A stretch of 43,028 bases of DNA, taken from positions 1 to 43,028 of the IMG/VR virus record IMGVR_UViG_3300026541_000005, one strand, 5' to 3'. Shown here one piece after another: positions 6,531 to 13,636 of this stretch. A program made the position numbers and the translations under genes. This stretch comes from a virus (lineage: Duplodnaviria > Caudoviricetes). Within the stretch, counting starts at the first letter, position 1, and each line of letters begins with the position of its first letter. Under the pieces are notes generated by a model. It saw only the letters and a list, made by a program, of their open reading frames with translations. It had not been told where the DNA came from and made no database searches.

Positions 6531-7109
6531 TTATAGTGCCGTGACAGCTCTCTGCGGCTCTTGAATCTCTATATTATCATTAATTAAATATGAAAATTCC
6601 TTTTTCCATTCATTTTCCCTCTCTTGCATCGTTTTCCATAATTTTTTTAACCCCTTAGAAAATGGATCATTTTTACCATCAAGGCTATAAGCTGCTTTTT
6701 CCGCCGCATGTGATTTTTTTTGAAACCATGTAGCGACTTCCTCTGTTTGGGATATTATCCCTTTTTCTTGACACGTTACAAGATAACTACAAGCCCATCC
6801 TTCACGTAAAGCCTGTCTTCCCAGCTGTGTAGAAAATATATCTTCCTCTGTTAGATTTTGGATCTCAATTTTCTTTTGCAATTCTGGGCTGATATTTCTT
6901 GTAGGTGTTACATTTTGTGCAAACTTTCCAAGCTCTCCAATCGTTGGCGGCGAGGTTCTGCAATGATTATTCATCGCATAACTCCACAGCTCATCCAGTT
7001 GATTATCTGTATATTTATCCAGAAAATCCGCATAAAATGGCTGTTGCGCTGGATTTAATGCTGGCTTGTATAAATCGTTTATATTTTTTATGAACTGATA
7101 ACTTTGCAT
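6531..7109 (-). CDS. Hypothetical protein, positional analogue of a replication P-like/helicase loader
   Basis: Overlaps the end of the initiator gene; PPTIGE motif; function inferred from position only. Confidence 0.5.
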   Translation of the reverse strand: MQSYQFIKNINDLYKPALNPAQQPFYADFLDKYTDNQLDELWSYAMNNHCRTSPPTIGELGKFAQNVTPTRNISPELQKKIEIQNLTEEDIFSTQLGRQALREGWACSYLVTCQEKGIISQTEEVATWFQKKSHAAEKAAYSLDGKNDPFSKGLKKLWKTMQERENEWKKEFSYLINDNIEIQEPQRAVTAL

Positions 7110-7831
7110 GTTGGTGCTCCTATGTTGCGTTTAATTTCTTCAAGTTGTTCTTCGCTAGTTAATTCTTTCGTGTACTCATCCTCCCAATGCTTACCGTGAA
7201 GCCAAGTCAAAGGAAGTTTGATGTCAGGGTGCCAACCATCTTTTTTATATTCGGCTTGGTAAGCCTTTAGTCCGTTAATGATAGTTTCATGCTTAACACC
7301 TTTTTTGATGTGCTGGATATATTTCTTCTCACAGTTTGCACGACCTTTTTTAATTCCATACAAATTCCAAAATTCGTCGAAATCGTACAATACAGGATTC
7401 AGTAAAGGGGATTCAGGATTCAGTAAAGGGGATTCAGGATTCAGGGGGTGCTTGTCTGGTGCTTGCACCGTGCTCTCATCTTTAGGAATCAAACTTTCAG
7501 CCTCTTTTACATGTGGACTTTGATGTTTCTTAAAGTTAAGTACTTGTATATACAGGTTTTTTTGTTGACTGGTGCTTGCACCGTGCTTGTCTGGTGCTTG
7601 CCCGTACCTTTTGATGAATTCCATCGATTCAAGCATAGAAAGTAATGCATCAACGTCTAAATTGTCAGCAGGGAAAATTTCCATTTTGATGCGTTTTGGT
7701 CTATTTTCTAAGCGACCCTCACGATCTGCAAGAGTCCATAATCCTATAAATAAAAGTCTACCCTCAAAAGGCAGCTCAACTAATAACTCATTTTTAAAAA
7801 AAGATGGTTTGATATTTCTTGCTCTTGGCAT
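7088..7831 (-). CDS. Phage replication initiator (O-like/replisome organizer); start revised to MPRARN
   Basis: MPRARNIKPSFF...RLLFIGLWTLADREGR N-terminus; FDEFWNLY..K and P.TWL....WEDE C-terminus; internal repeats. Confidence 0.85.
   Translation of the reverse strand: MPRARNIKPSFFKNELLVELPFEGRLLFIGLWTLADREGRLENRPKRIKMEIFPADNLDVDALLSMLESMEFIKRYGQAPDKHGASTSQQKNLYIQVLNFKKHQSPHVKEAESLIPKDESTVQAPDKHPLNPESPLLNPESPLLNPVLYDFDEFWNLYGIKKGRANCEKKYIQHIKKGVKHETIINGLKAYQAEYKKDGWHPDIKLPLTWLHGKHWEDEYTKELTSEEQLEEIKRNIGAPTCKVISS
7393..7600. repeat. Iteron-like repeats inside the initiator gene (putative origin)
   Basis: 21-bp tandem caggattcagtaaaggggatt x2.5 (7393-7445); ctggtgcttg(caccgtgct) x3 near 7456, 7569 and 7591. 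Confidence 0.6.
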
Positions 7832-7868
7832 CTTAACCCCCACAAATTACACATACTTTTAAAGAATC

Positions 7869-7952
7869 AAGGCGAGTGGCGTATGTGGGAACCACCCTTG
7901 TCAATTGGGAGTAACCTGGGAGCAACCCCAGTTCAAGCCCAATTCAAGCCTT
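7869..7952 (-). promoter_or_regulatory. Structured 5' leader of the replication gene (three-helix fold)
   Basis: AAGGC/GCCTT, TTG-AATTGGG/CCCAATT-CAA, TGGGG/TCCCA, GGGTGG/CCACTC; G.U pairs work only on the minus strand. Confidence 0.6.
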
Positions 7953-7959
7953 ATTAAAC

Positions 7960-7987
7960 ATTATAGTCTTTATACCTACGGATGCAA
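7960..7987 (-). promoter_or_regulatory. Putative promoter for the replication operon
   Basis: TTGCAT-16-TATAAT; predicted start near 7953 coincides with the first helix of the leader. Confidence 0.55.
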
Positions 7988-8125
7988 TGTTTTAATCAAC
8001 AATCTACCGTAAATTGTGGCTATATTATATATTATATTATTTTACTAAACAACCCCTATTTTACACTTTTGTGTAAAAAAACAACTATATGATGATTATT
8101 ATTAATGGGTGTGATATTTATGCAA

Positions 8126-8145
8126 TGTATGTCTTGACGCATACA
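8126..8145. promoter_or_regulatory. Operator copy
   Basis: TGTATG-TCTTGACG-CATACA, same palindrome as at 5354, 9831 and 9909. Confidence 0.8.
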
Positions 8146-8153
8146 TTTAGATG

Positions 8154-8183
8154 TTGACATGTGGGTTTGGCTTATGCTATATT
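8154..8183 (+). promoter_or_regulatory. Promoter upstream of the hammerhead RNA
   Basis: TTGACA-18-TATATT with extended -10 TG. Confidence 0.6.
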
Positions 8184-8228
8184 GTGGATACGTGGGCTAC
8201 CCAGAGGGGTTGACATGGTAGCATCTGG

Positions 8229-8298
8229 TCTAGCACCGCACGGCTGACGAAGCGAAAGCAGAAACACACTTGTGTCCCGTGGAGCTTCCCCTGCTAGA
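8229..8298 (+). ncRNA. Hammerhead ribozyme, type I topology, variant stem II
   Basis: Stem I CACGG/CCGTG (8239-43/8277-81); core CTGACGA (8244-50); short stem II A-GC-GAAA-GC-A; GAAA (8261-64); stem III ACAC-ACTT-GTGT; GUC site ending at 8276; extension TCTAGCA/TGCTAGA. Confidence 0.7.
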
Positions 8299-8346
8299 GA
8301 ATAACTGGAAGCCTAGACCCCTCACTAACTAGTCTGGAATGCTTTC

Positions 8347-8375
8347 TTGACAAATATAATATGAATGACTATAAT
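8347..8375 (+). promoter_or_regulatory. Perfect consensus sigma70 promoter
   Basis: TTGACA-17-TATAAT. Confidence 0.9.
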
Positions 8376-8382
8376 GCACCTC

Positions 8383-8659
8383 CGCTGGTGAGGTTTTGTA
8401 ACATATCTTCATCGGCGACCATTTGCTGGAGCACGTTATCATAAGCGCTTATAGGTAACTCTAAGGCTCTGGCGCCAGATTTACACAACACACAAGGAAT
8501 CCTTTTTCTTGTGAACGTGTTGATATTGATTCTTTATGGGCGGAGTCACATAAGCGTTGCAGAGCGCAGGCTAGTTTCTGGCTGAATGTACGGAGCCGTT
8601 CGATTCGATTGCTCTGGCTAGTTTCTGTTAGTGATGCCGCCCCGCCACTGACAATATCA
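8383..8659 (+). ncRNA. About 280-nt multi-hairpin RNA or leader of unknown class
   Basis: Hairpins at 8383-8417, 8425-8473, 8483-8520 and 8521-8659 with many G.U pairs on the + strand; last one capped by a TTCGATT T-loop; begins about 7 nt after the consensus -10. Confidence 0.6.
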
Positions 8660-8686
8660 CTATACAATAGCCAGGAGTTGGTATCT

Positions 8687-8899
8687 ATGGATAACATAAT
8701 AGAACTACCAGTGATAACTAGATTAAACCTACCACCAGAGCGGGTATTGAAGAATGCCCTTAAAGAAGGTATGGAGGATGTTGTTGTTATTGGGTATGAT
8801 TCCGAGGGTGAGTTTTATTTCGCATCGAGCAAAGCGGATGGTGGCGATGTAATGTGGTTACTTGAACTTGCTAAGAAACACCTCCTAGAGGCGTGTTAA
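8687..8899 (+). CDS. Small conserved phage protein (start revised to MDNIIELP)
   Basis: AGGAG RBS; P.RVL..A...VVVIGYD.EG.FYFASS..D...V.WLLE pattern. Confidence 0.75.
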   Translation: MDNIIELPVITRLNLPPERVLKNALKEGMEDVVVIGYDSEGEFYFASSKADGGDVMWLLELAKKHLLEAC

Positions 8900-9271
8900 A
8901 TGAATGTTACGATGCGGTACATTATAAACGTCTAATGCTGTTTGCACATCCTCTAGCGACCTTGCAATTACGGTTGGCACACCCACTTTTGCTAGGATAG
9001 CATGAACTTTAATCTGATTCTTCGACAATACGCCTTTAGGAGCCTTGAGTTCTATACATAAAGCTTTCACTCCATCATCATGCCAAAGTATTTGAATGTC
9101 TGGATATCCAGCCATAACGCCTTTAGCTTTTAGAATGCCTTGTTTTCTAATATTACTAGTTTGATTTGATGTCTCGATAGTTGTCCATACGACACTGGGC
9201 TGCAAAGCCATACACAATAATTGCGCAACGGAAAGGTGTAACTGTTCTTCAGGGTTATTTCTGCGAGCCAT
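8885..9271 (-). CDS. VRR-NUC / PD-(D/E)XK nuclease (putative Holliday junction resolvase)
   Basis: GV.AGYPDI...IELKAPKG.LS.NQ...RS.EDV. Confidence 0.85.
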   Translation of the reverse strand: MARRNNPEEQLHLSVAQLLCMALQPSVVWTTIETSNQTSNIRKQGILKAKGVMAGYPDIQILWHDDGVKALCIELKAPKGVLSKNQIKVHAILAKVGVPTVIARSLEDVQTALDVYNVPHRNIHLTRL

Positions 9272-9299
9272 ATCTTCTTTTCATAACTAATTCTCTCAC

Positions 9300-9373
9300 T
9301 GGCTGCCCCTCGTGGAATCGAACCACAGTTTCCACAGTCAAAGTGTGGCGTCCTACCGCTAGACGAAGGGGCA
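9300..9373 (-). tRNA. tRNA-Gln (anticodon UUG) with encoded CCA
   Basis: Full cloverleaf: TGCCCCT/AGGGGCA acceptor, CCACA-CTTTGAC-TGTGG anticodon arm, GGTTCGATTCC T arm, GCCA end. Confidence 0.95.
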
Positions 9374-9390
9374 ACGTAATTGTGGCTGGG

Positions 9391-9555
9391 TTATTTCTGC
9401 GAGCGATCTTTTACACATAAACCTTTTAGATCTTTGGGAGTGCGGCGTTTACCACTAAGAAGCACGTCATGTACTATAGAAACTAGAGCGCATAATGAAG
9501 GCGCTACAAGAAATACTGATGCAAATACTAACACTCCAAAAACATACTCTAACAT
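9391..9555 (-). CDS. Small membrane protein (probable start MLEYVFG)
   Basis: One hydrophobic helix, basic tail, AAAAGGTG RBS-like sequence. Confidence 0.6.
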   Translation of the reverse strand: MLEYVFGVLVFASVFLVAPSLCALVSIVHDVLLSGKRRTPKDLKGLCVKDRSQK

Positions 9556-9821
9556 TTCGGCACCTTTTCTTTCTGCGTTCTTTCTGCATTCTTTCTGCAT
9601 TCTTTCTGCATCTTGCTTGTTTTATTCTGCTTTTGCCGCCATTCGTTATATGTGTTTAGAATCTTTCTAGCCACCCGAGGGCTTAAATCTTCGGTGTGTC
9701 CATGCCTGTAACGCCATACAGTCGTATGATCTATGCCAGCCTCACGAGCAAGACCACGCCCAGTTATCCTCATCTGCCGCATTATCCAGTCAATATCTGC
9801 TATTCTATCTATATGTCTCAT
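9549..9821 (-). CDS. Cro-like HTH regulator, probably translated from a leaderless mRNA
   Basis: LAREAGIDHTTVWRY HTH; only 7 nt separate the -10 from the ATG at 9821; no SD. Confidence 0.8.
   Translation of the reverse strand: MRHIDRIADIDWIMRQMRITGRGLAREAGIDHTTVWRYRHGHTEDLSPRVARKILNTYNEWRQKQNKTSKMQKECRKNAERTQKEKVPKC
9567..9610. repeat. 11-bp tandem repeat x4
   Basis: ttctttctgc(g/a) four times. Confidence 0.9.
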
Positions 9822-9828
9822 ATATAGC

Positions 9829-9857
9829 AGTGTATGCGATGTAACATACAATGTCAA
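9829..9857 (-). promoter_or_regulatory. Promoter of the cro-like gene with internal operator
   Basis: TTGACA-17-TACACT; operator at 9831-9850. Confidence 0.85.
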
Positions 9858-9901
9858 AACAAATTAATTTCAACTTTTTTTGTTTTTTTATAAAATAAAG
9901 G

Positions 9902-9930
9902 TTGACACTGTATGCAATGACGCATACACT
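9902..9930 (+). promoter_or_regulatory. Divergent early promoter with internal operator
   Basis: TTGACA-17-TACACT; operator at 9909-9928. Confidence 0.85.
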
Positions 9931-9941
9931 ATGGAGACAAG

Positions 9942-9972
9942 GGGGCGGTTTTCTTAATACCTTTTCCGCCCC
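9942..9972 (+). promoter_or_regulatory. Leader hairpin
   Basis: GGGGCGG/CCGCCCC stem just after the predicted TSS; no U-tract. Confidence 0.45.
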
Positions 9973-9992
9973 TGTGAAATTATGGAGTTATC

Positions 9993-10217
9993 ATGGAACA
10001 ACAATCAATCAAGCACAAATACAGGTATATAGCGATTATAAATGTGTATGATGCAAATAGAGAGCATGGTATTCGAATAGTGGATATTGGGAATGTTTAT
10101 ACAGGTAATTTATTGTTACTCTGGGATAAAGATATTTTCGAGAGGTACAAGCGTCAAATAATTAAAGACTATCCTAATATGTTAATTGGAGTTAGGAAGA
10201 GGAGGGAAAGCGAATAA
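9993..10217 (+). CDS. Hypothetical protein
   Basis: GGAG RBS; first 17 nt identical to the next gene. Confidence 0.7.
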   Translation: MEQQSIKHKYRYIAIINVYDANREHGIRIVDIGNVYTGNLLLLWDKDIFERYKRQIIKDYPNMLIGVRKRRESE

Positions 10218-10462
10218 TGGAACAACAATCAATATGCCTAGATGTGGAAGTATCGCAAGACGAGTTTGTACGTATGTCAGTAGATGTCAGTTATGAAACT
10301 ATTCCACAGCAGTCTGATGTTGGCATGTCGGGCGACGAAGTGGAACTAATAAACGTTGTTGCACCTGATGAGTACAAAGATAATGCTTTTGTTACACAGC
10401 AATTAAACTCTGATCAATGGACAGAGGATTCAATAAAGGAGGCTATATATAATGGATTATGA
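10217..10462 (+). CDS. Hypothetical acidic protein
   Basis: Coupled TAATG start. Confidence 0.7.
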   Translation: MEQQSICLDVEVSQDEFVRMSVDVSYETIPQQSDVGMSGDEVELINVVAPDEYKDNAFVTQQLNSDQWTEDSIKEAIYNGL

Positions 10463-10723
10463 AGTAGTGCCAGTGAACTTAATTGAAGTTAGGCAACAAA
10501 CTGTTATTGAGAAAATATTCCTTGAATTAGTCGGGAAATGGTTTGATAAGCAATATTTAAAAGAGAGGGAGTAATGACTAGGCAAGAATTAGACGATCAA
10601 CAATATTTAGACTGGTACAATAGCTTAGAGGAGAATGCGAAATGAATATGGAAGAATATGCGGAAATGGTCGGTAAAACACTATCGCAGTATTATAAAGA
10701 TTTAGCTAAGCAGGAGGCGGAAA

Positions 10724-11374
10724 ATGTCGATAAGTGAAGTGCTACATAAAATACAAAAAGAACTCAACGCGCAAAAAAAGCAATATAATTCTTTTGGAAA
10801 ATACAATTATCGATCATGCGAGGATATTGTAGAAGCTGTTAAAAAGATTTTGCCAGAAGGTTATGCGCTCACTCTGAATGACGAGGTGGTTATGCATGGT
10901 GATAGGTTTTATATCAAAGCAGAGGCGTTATTATTTAGCGGAGAGGAGCGAGTTGCTACGAATGGGTACGCTAGGGAGGCGCAGACTAAAAAAGGCATGG
11001 ATGAGGCGCAGGTAACAGGCGCAGCATCTTCTTACGCACGTAAATACGCTTTAAATGGGTTATTTGCTATTGATGATTCTAAGGATGCCGACACAGACGA
11101 GAATCAAGCAGAACGTGCGGCTGCAAAGGTGAGTGCTGATAGAGAATATGCAAAGAAGAAACTAGAGCAAGAAGTTGCTATACATGACAAACTCATAGGC
11201 ATGATAGCAACTATACAAACCAGTGCTAAGGTTCTTGATTTTGAAAGAAACCAGAAAATTACGGACTTGCGTGACAAGCTTGATTTGAACAACCCTGAAT
11301 TATCGAGGAAAGTTGATGCCGCACTTAAAGTTAAGGAAGAGCAATTAATAAAAATGGATTTGGAGGGTGAGTGA
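10724..11374 (+). CDS. erf: ERF-family single-strand annealing recombinase
   Basis: YNSFGKYNYRSCEDI...GMDEAQVTGAASSYARKYALNGLFAIDD.KDAD. Confidence 0.92.
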   Translation: MSISEVLHKIQKELNAQKKQYNSFGKYNYRSCEDIVEAVKKILPEGYALTLNDEVVMHGDRFYIKAEALLFSGEERVATNGYAREAQTKKGMDEAQVTGAASSYARKYALNGLFAIDDSKDADTDENQAERAAAKVSADREYAKKKLEQEVAIHDKLIGMIATIQTSAKVLDFERNQKITDLRDKLDLNNPELSRKVDAALKVKEEQLIKMDLEGE

Positions 11375-11535
11375 TGAGGTGTTTTTTATTTCATAAATGG
11401 ACTAAATGGGTATTTCGCGTTCAGTCATATACAAGATATTTGAAAGATGGGGGGCATCATGAATTTACCGAGTTGAGGCAACGAAGGACTTGCGAAAAAT
11501 GCGGTTTCACTCAAGACGAAGAAATTGAGCAATAA
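11374..11535 (+). CDS. Small Zn-binding protein (MRCFLFHKWTKW...RTCEKCG), not in ORF track
   Basis: Hand-translated 53 aa, TGATG coupling. Confidence 0.65.
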   Translation: MRCFLFHKWTKWVFRVQSYTRYLKDGGHHEFTELRQRRTCEKCGFTQDEEIEQ

Positions 11536-11588
11536 GGGGTAAGTGATGATTAAATTCAAGGATAATTTCTGCGAGCGAGGCATAAAAT

Positions 11589-11924
11589 ATGAGTGACCTA
11601 TGGAAATGGAAAATGGGAAGGCAAAACCCCTACTATAACAAAATGCTATTATTCCGTATTCCTAAGTTCATGGATTGCTGGATAATTAAATACACTAAAG
11701 GTGTCGGCATAGGTTGGCATACTGATAAAGTGGAAGGTAAGAGGCATTATAGATTAAATATTGTATTAAGAAACGGTGGGGAATTCTGGATTAATCATCG
11801 TCCAATAAATAAACGTATAATATTTTTTAGACCAGATTTAGAAATGCACAGTGTGAAAGTTATTGGCGAAAATGAAAAACGCTTAGTATTAAGTATAGGA
11901 TTGGTATTAAATGATAAAGTTTAA
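11589..11924 (+). CDS. 2OG-Fe(II) oxygenase-like protein
   Basis: Y..G..I.WHTD (HxD), later H.V and R.VLSIG. Confidence 0.75.
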   Translation: MSDLWKWKMGRQNPYYNKMLLFRIPKFMDCWIIKYTKGVGIGWHTDKVEGKRHYRLNIVLRNGGEFWINHRPINKRIIFFRPDLEMHSVKVIGENEKRLVLSIGLVLNDKV

Positions 11925-12108
11925 AGACAGCCTGAACATAGAGCGAGGCATAGAGTTTAGTTTGTCGTTTTGCAGTAAATATATAAACCTCACGCTATGG
12001 GCTGCTAAACGCACAAATGGTGACACGGTGCAAATACCTTACGAGCATTTGGATGAACTGATTGATAATTTAAACCAATTGAAACAGGACAAAAACAATG
12101 ATGTATAA
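11911..12108 (+). CDS. Hypothetical protein
   Basis: 65 aa ORF in operon. Confidence 0.6.
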   Translation: MIKFKDSLNIERGIEFSLSFCSKYINLTLWAAKRTNGDTVQIPYEHLDELIDNLNQLKQDKNNDV

Positions 12109-12280
12109 ATGTCCAAAATGCGACGGAAAAGGGTATTATTGGAACAAAGGGGAAACTCTGTTGATTGGTATTCTTTCATTGGGGATGATTCCTTTTATGG
12201 ACGCTATCTCTGAGGCTGATAATAGAGGTTGTAAGAAGCAATGCGAAGTTTGTGACGAGAAGGGGGTTATCCATGCTTAA
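12098..12280 (+). CDS. DnaJ-type zinc finger with hydrophobic insert
   Basis: CPKCDGKG...CEVCDEKG. Confidence 0.65.
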   Translation: MMYKCPKCDGKGYYWNKGETLLIGILSLGMIPFMDAISEADNRGCKKQCEVCDEKGVIHA

Positions 12281-12321
12281 AGTTAAGGAAGAGAATTTAA
12301 ACAGATTGAAAAAGGGAAGTC

Positions 12322-12765
12322 ATGAAAGCGATTAACGAAAGCATCGAAGGCTTGAACAGTGGGCTGGATGCGTTGCCGAAGAAAATGTATTACACAGACC
12401 CGTTACAAGCTGCATACATGGAGAGGGAGCATGGGGTTAGGATTCTACTAAATGGTAGAGAAGTCGGGATACCTGATTGGCCTCCCCTTTTGAATGATAG
12501 CCTAACTAGAACTCAGGAAAAGGCATATGGGTTGGTGAAGGTCACTTGGGGGCAATTGCCTGTTAAGCTTTACATCCACCCCGACAGTTACCATATTTTT
12601 AAACCACAGGACGGTGATGAAAATATAGACGGCTGGGTGTATAATGCGGAGACTAAGATGTGGGATCATAAAATAGTTAAATACGTTTGGAATGGAGTTA
12701 AGAGCATAGATAAACGCAATAACAAACCGTTCTTTATGCCGAAGGTACGATATGTACAAAAATGA
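12322..12765 (+). CDS. Hypothetical phage protein
   Basis: 147 aa ORF with RBS. Confidence 0.7.
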   Translation: MKAINESIEGLNSGLDALPKKMYYTDPLQAAYMEREHGVRILLNGREVGIPDWPPLLNDSLTRTQEKAYGLVKVTWGQLPVKLYIHPDSYHIFKPQDGDENIDGWVYNAETKMWDHKIVKYVWNGVKSIDKRNNKPFFMPKVRYVQK

Positions 12766-13198
12766 TCGTCAGCGTATTGAGGACGCAATAATTCCATATA
12801 TGTTGGAGGCACTAATGCTTACACATATAAAAGACACGCCAGAACATGCAGACTCATATAAGAAAGCGTTAGATCTCGTGCGTATAGATATAAAAAAGGA
12901 GTTGAATAACCCCTCATTGATAAGACGTGCGACTAGAATCGAGAAAGAAGTCCTTAAGATGTGGCAAAAGAATAAGTACAATACCCGCAAGGCGTACATG
13001 GTGTTAAGTTATCTCGCAGCGTCATTACACGAGCAAGAGGCGGTTATTCTTGGCGATTCAACAAGAACTGTTTTAGATGACATGAATAAAATTATTGTTG
13101 ATGCTTACGATGACGAGAATATTAAGAAACAGGACATCAGTGCAGCTAAACAAGTTAAACATGTCACGAAAATATTAAACGACAATGGATTGTTTTAA
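12752..13198 (+). CDS. Hypothetical helical protein
   Basis: 148 aa ORF overlapping the upstream stop. Confidence 0.7.
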   Translation: MYKNDRQRIEDAIIPYMLEALMLTHIKDTPEHADSYKKALDLVRIDIKKELNNPSLIRRATRIEKEVLKMWQKNKYNTRKAYMVLSYLAASLHEQEAVILGDSTRTVLDDMNKIIVDAYDDENIKKQDISAAKQVKHVTKILNDNGLF

Positions 13199-13222
13199 AC
13201 AAAAATTATAAAGGTTACGATT

Positions 13223-13420
13223 ATGGAAGATGATAAAATAGTCAGCACTGCATTGATGTCTACGCTATTTGTGATTTCGGCGGTGTCAAGTATAATTCTA
13301 GGGTTGTCTTATTACGGCTTCACTTGGGAGGCTTTTATTAGGATACTAATTACTTTTACTATTAGTTTCTTTGCGTCACTAATTTGTACGGTATGCGTTA
13401 TTGAAATTTTTAAAAAATAA
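13223..13420 (+). CDS. Small two-TM membrane protein
   Basis: Two hydrophobic segments. Confidence 0.65.
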   Translation: MEDDKIVSTALMSTLFVISAVSSIILGLSYYGFTWEAFIRILITFTISFFASLICTVCVIEIFKK

Positions 13421-13432
13421 AGGAGATATAAA

Positions 13433-13636
13433 ATGGAGACACTACAGGGGCAAAATGAAATGTTTAAACTGATATTAGATTTAAAAGTTGATATGAATGA
13501 ATTAAAAGCTGATATAAAACAGTTAAAAGGACGTGTGCCGATACCGACCACGCGAGAATTACATAATAGATCACTTGAACGTAGTATGGATTTATGTCGA
13601 GAGAGTGCGAAAAAATTAGAAATAAAGGAGATATAA
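13433..13636 (+). CDS. Hypothetical coiled-coil protein
   Basis: AAGGAG RBS; heptad pattern. Confidence 0.7.
   Translation: METLQGQNEMFKLILDLKVDMNELKADIKQLKGRVPIPTTRELHNRSLERSMDLCRESAKKLEIKEI

Noticed and set aside
8000-8110. AT-rich TATAT repeats as a replication origin
   Set aside because: About 400 bp from the iteron-like repeats and lying between divergent promoters; UP-element or spacer function is as likely, so the evidence is insufficient
8461-8697. Minus-strand 78 aa ORF and the 8609-8686 extension of the plus-strand ORF
   Set aside because: No good RBS, they overlap the structured RNA, and the AGGAG-ATG at 8687 is the better start
9300-9373. tRNA-Gln as an attP site
   Set aside because: No integrase is recognisable and the tRNA is complete rather than a 3' fragment
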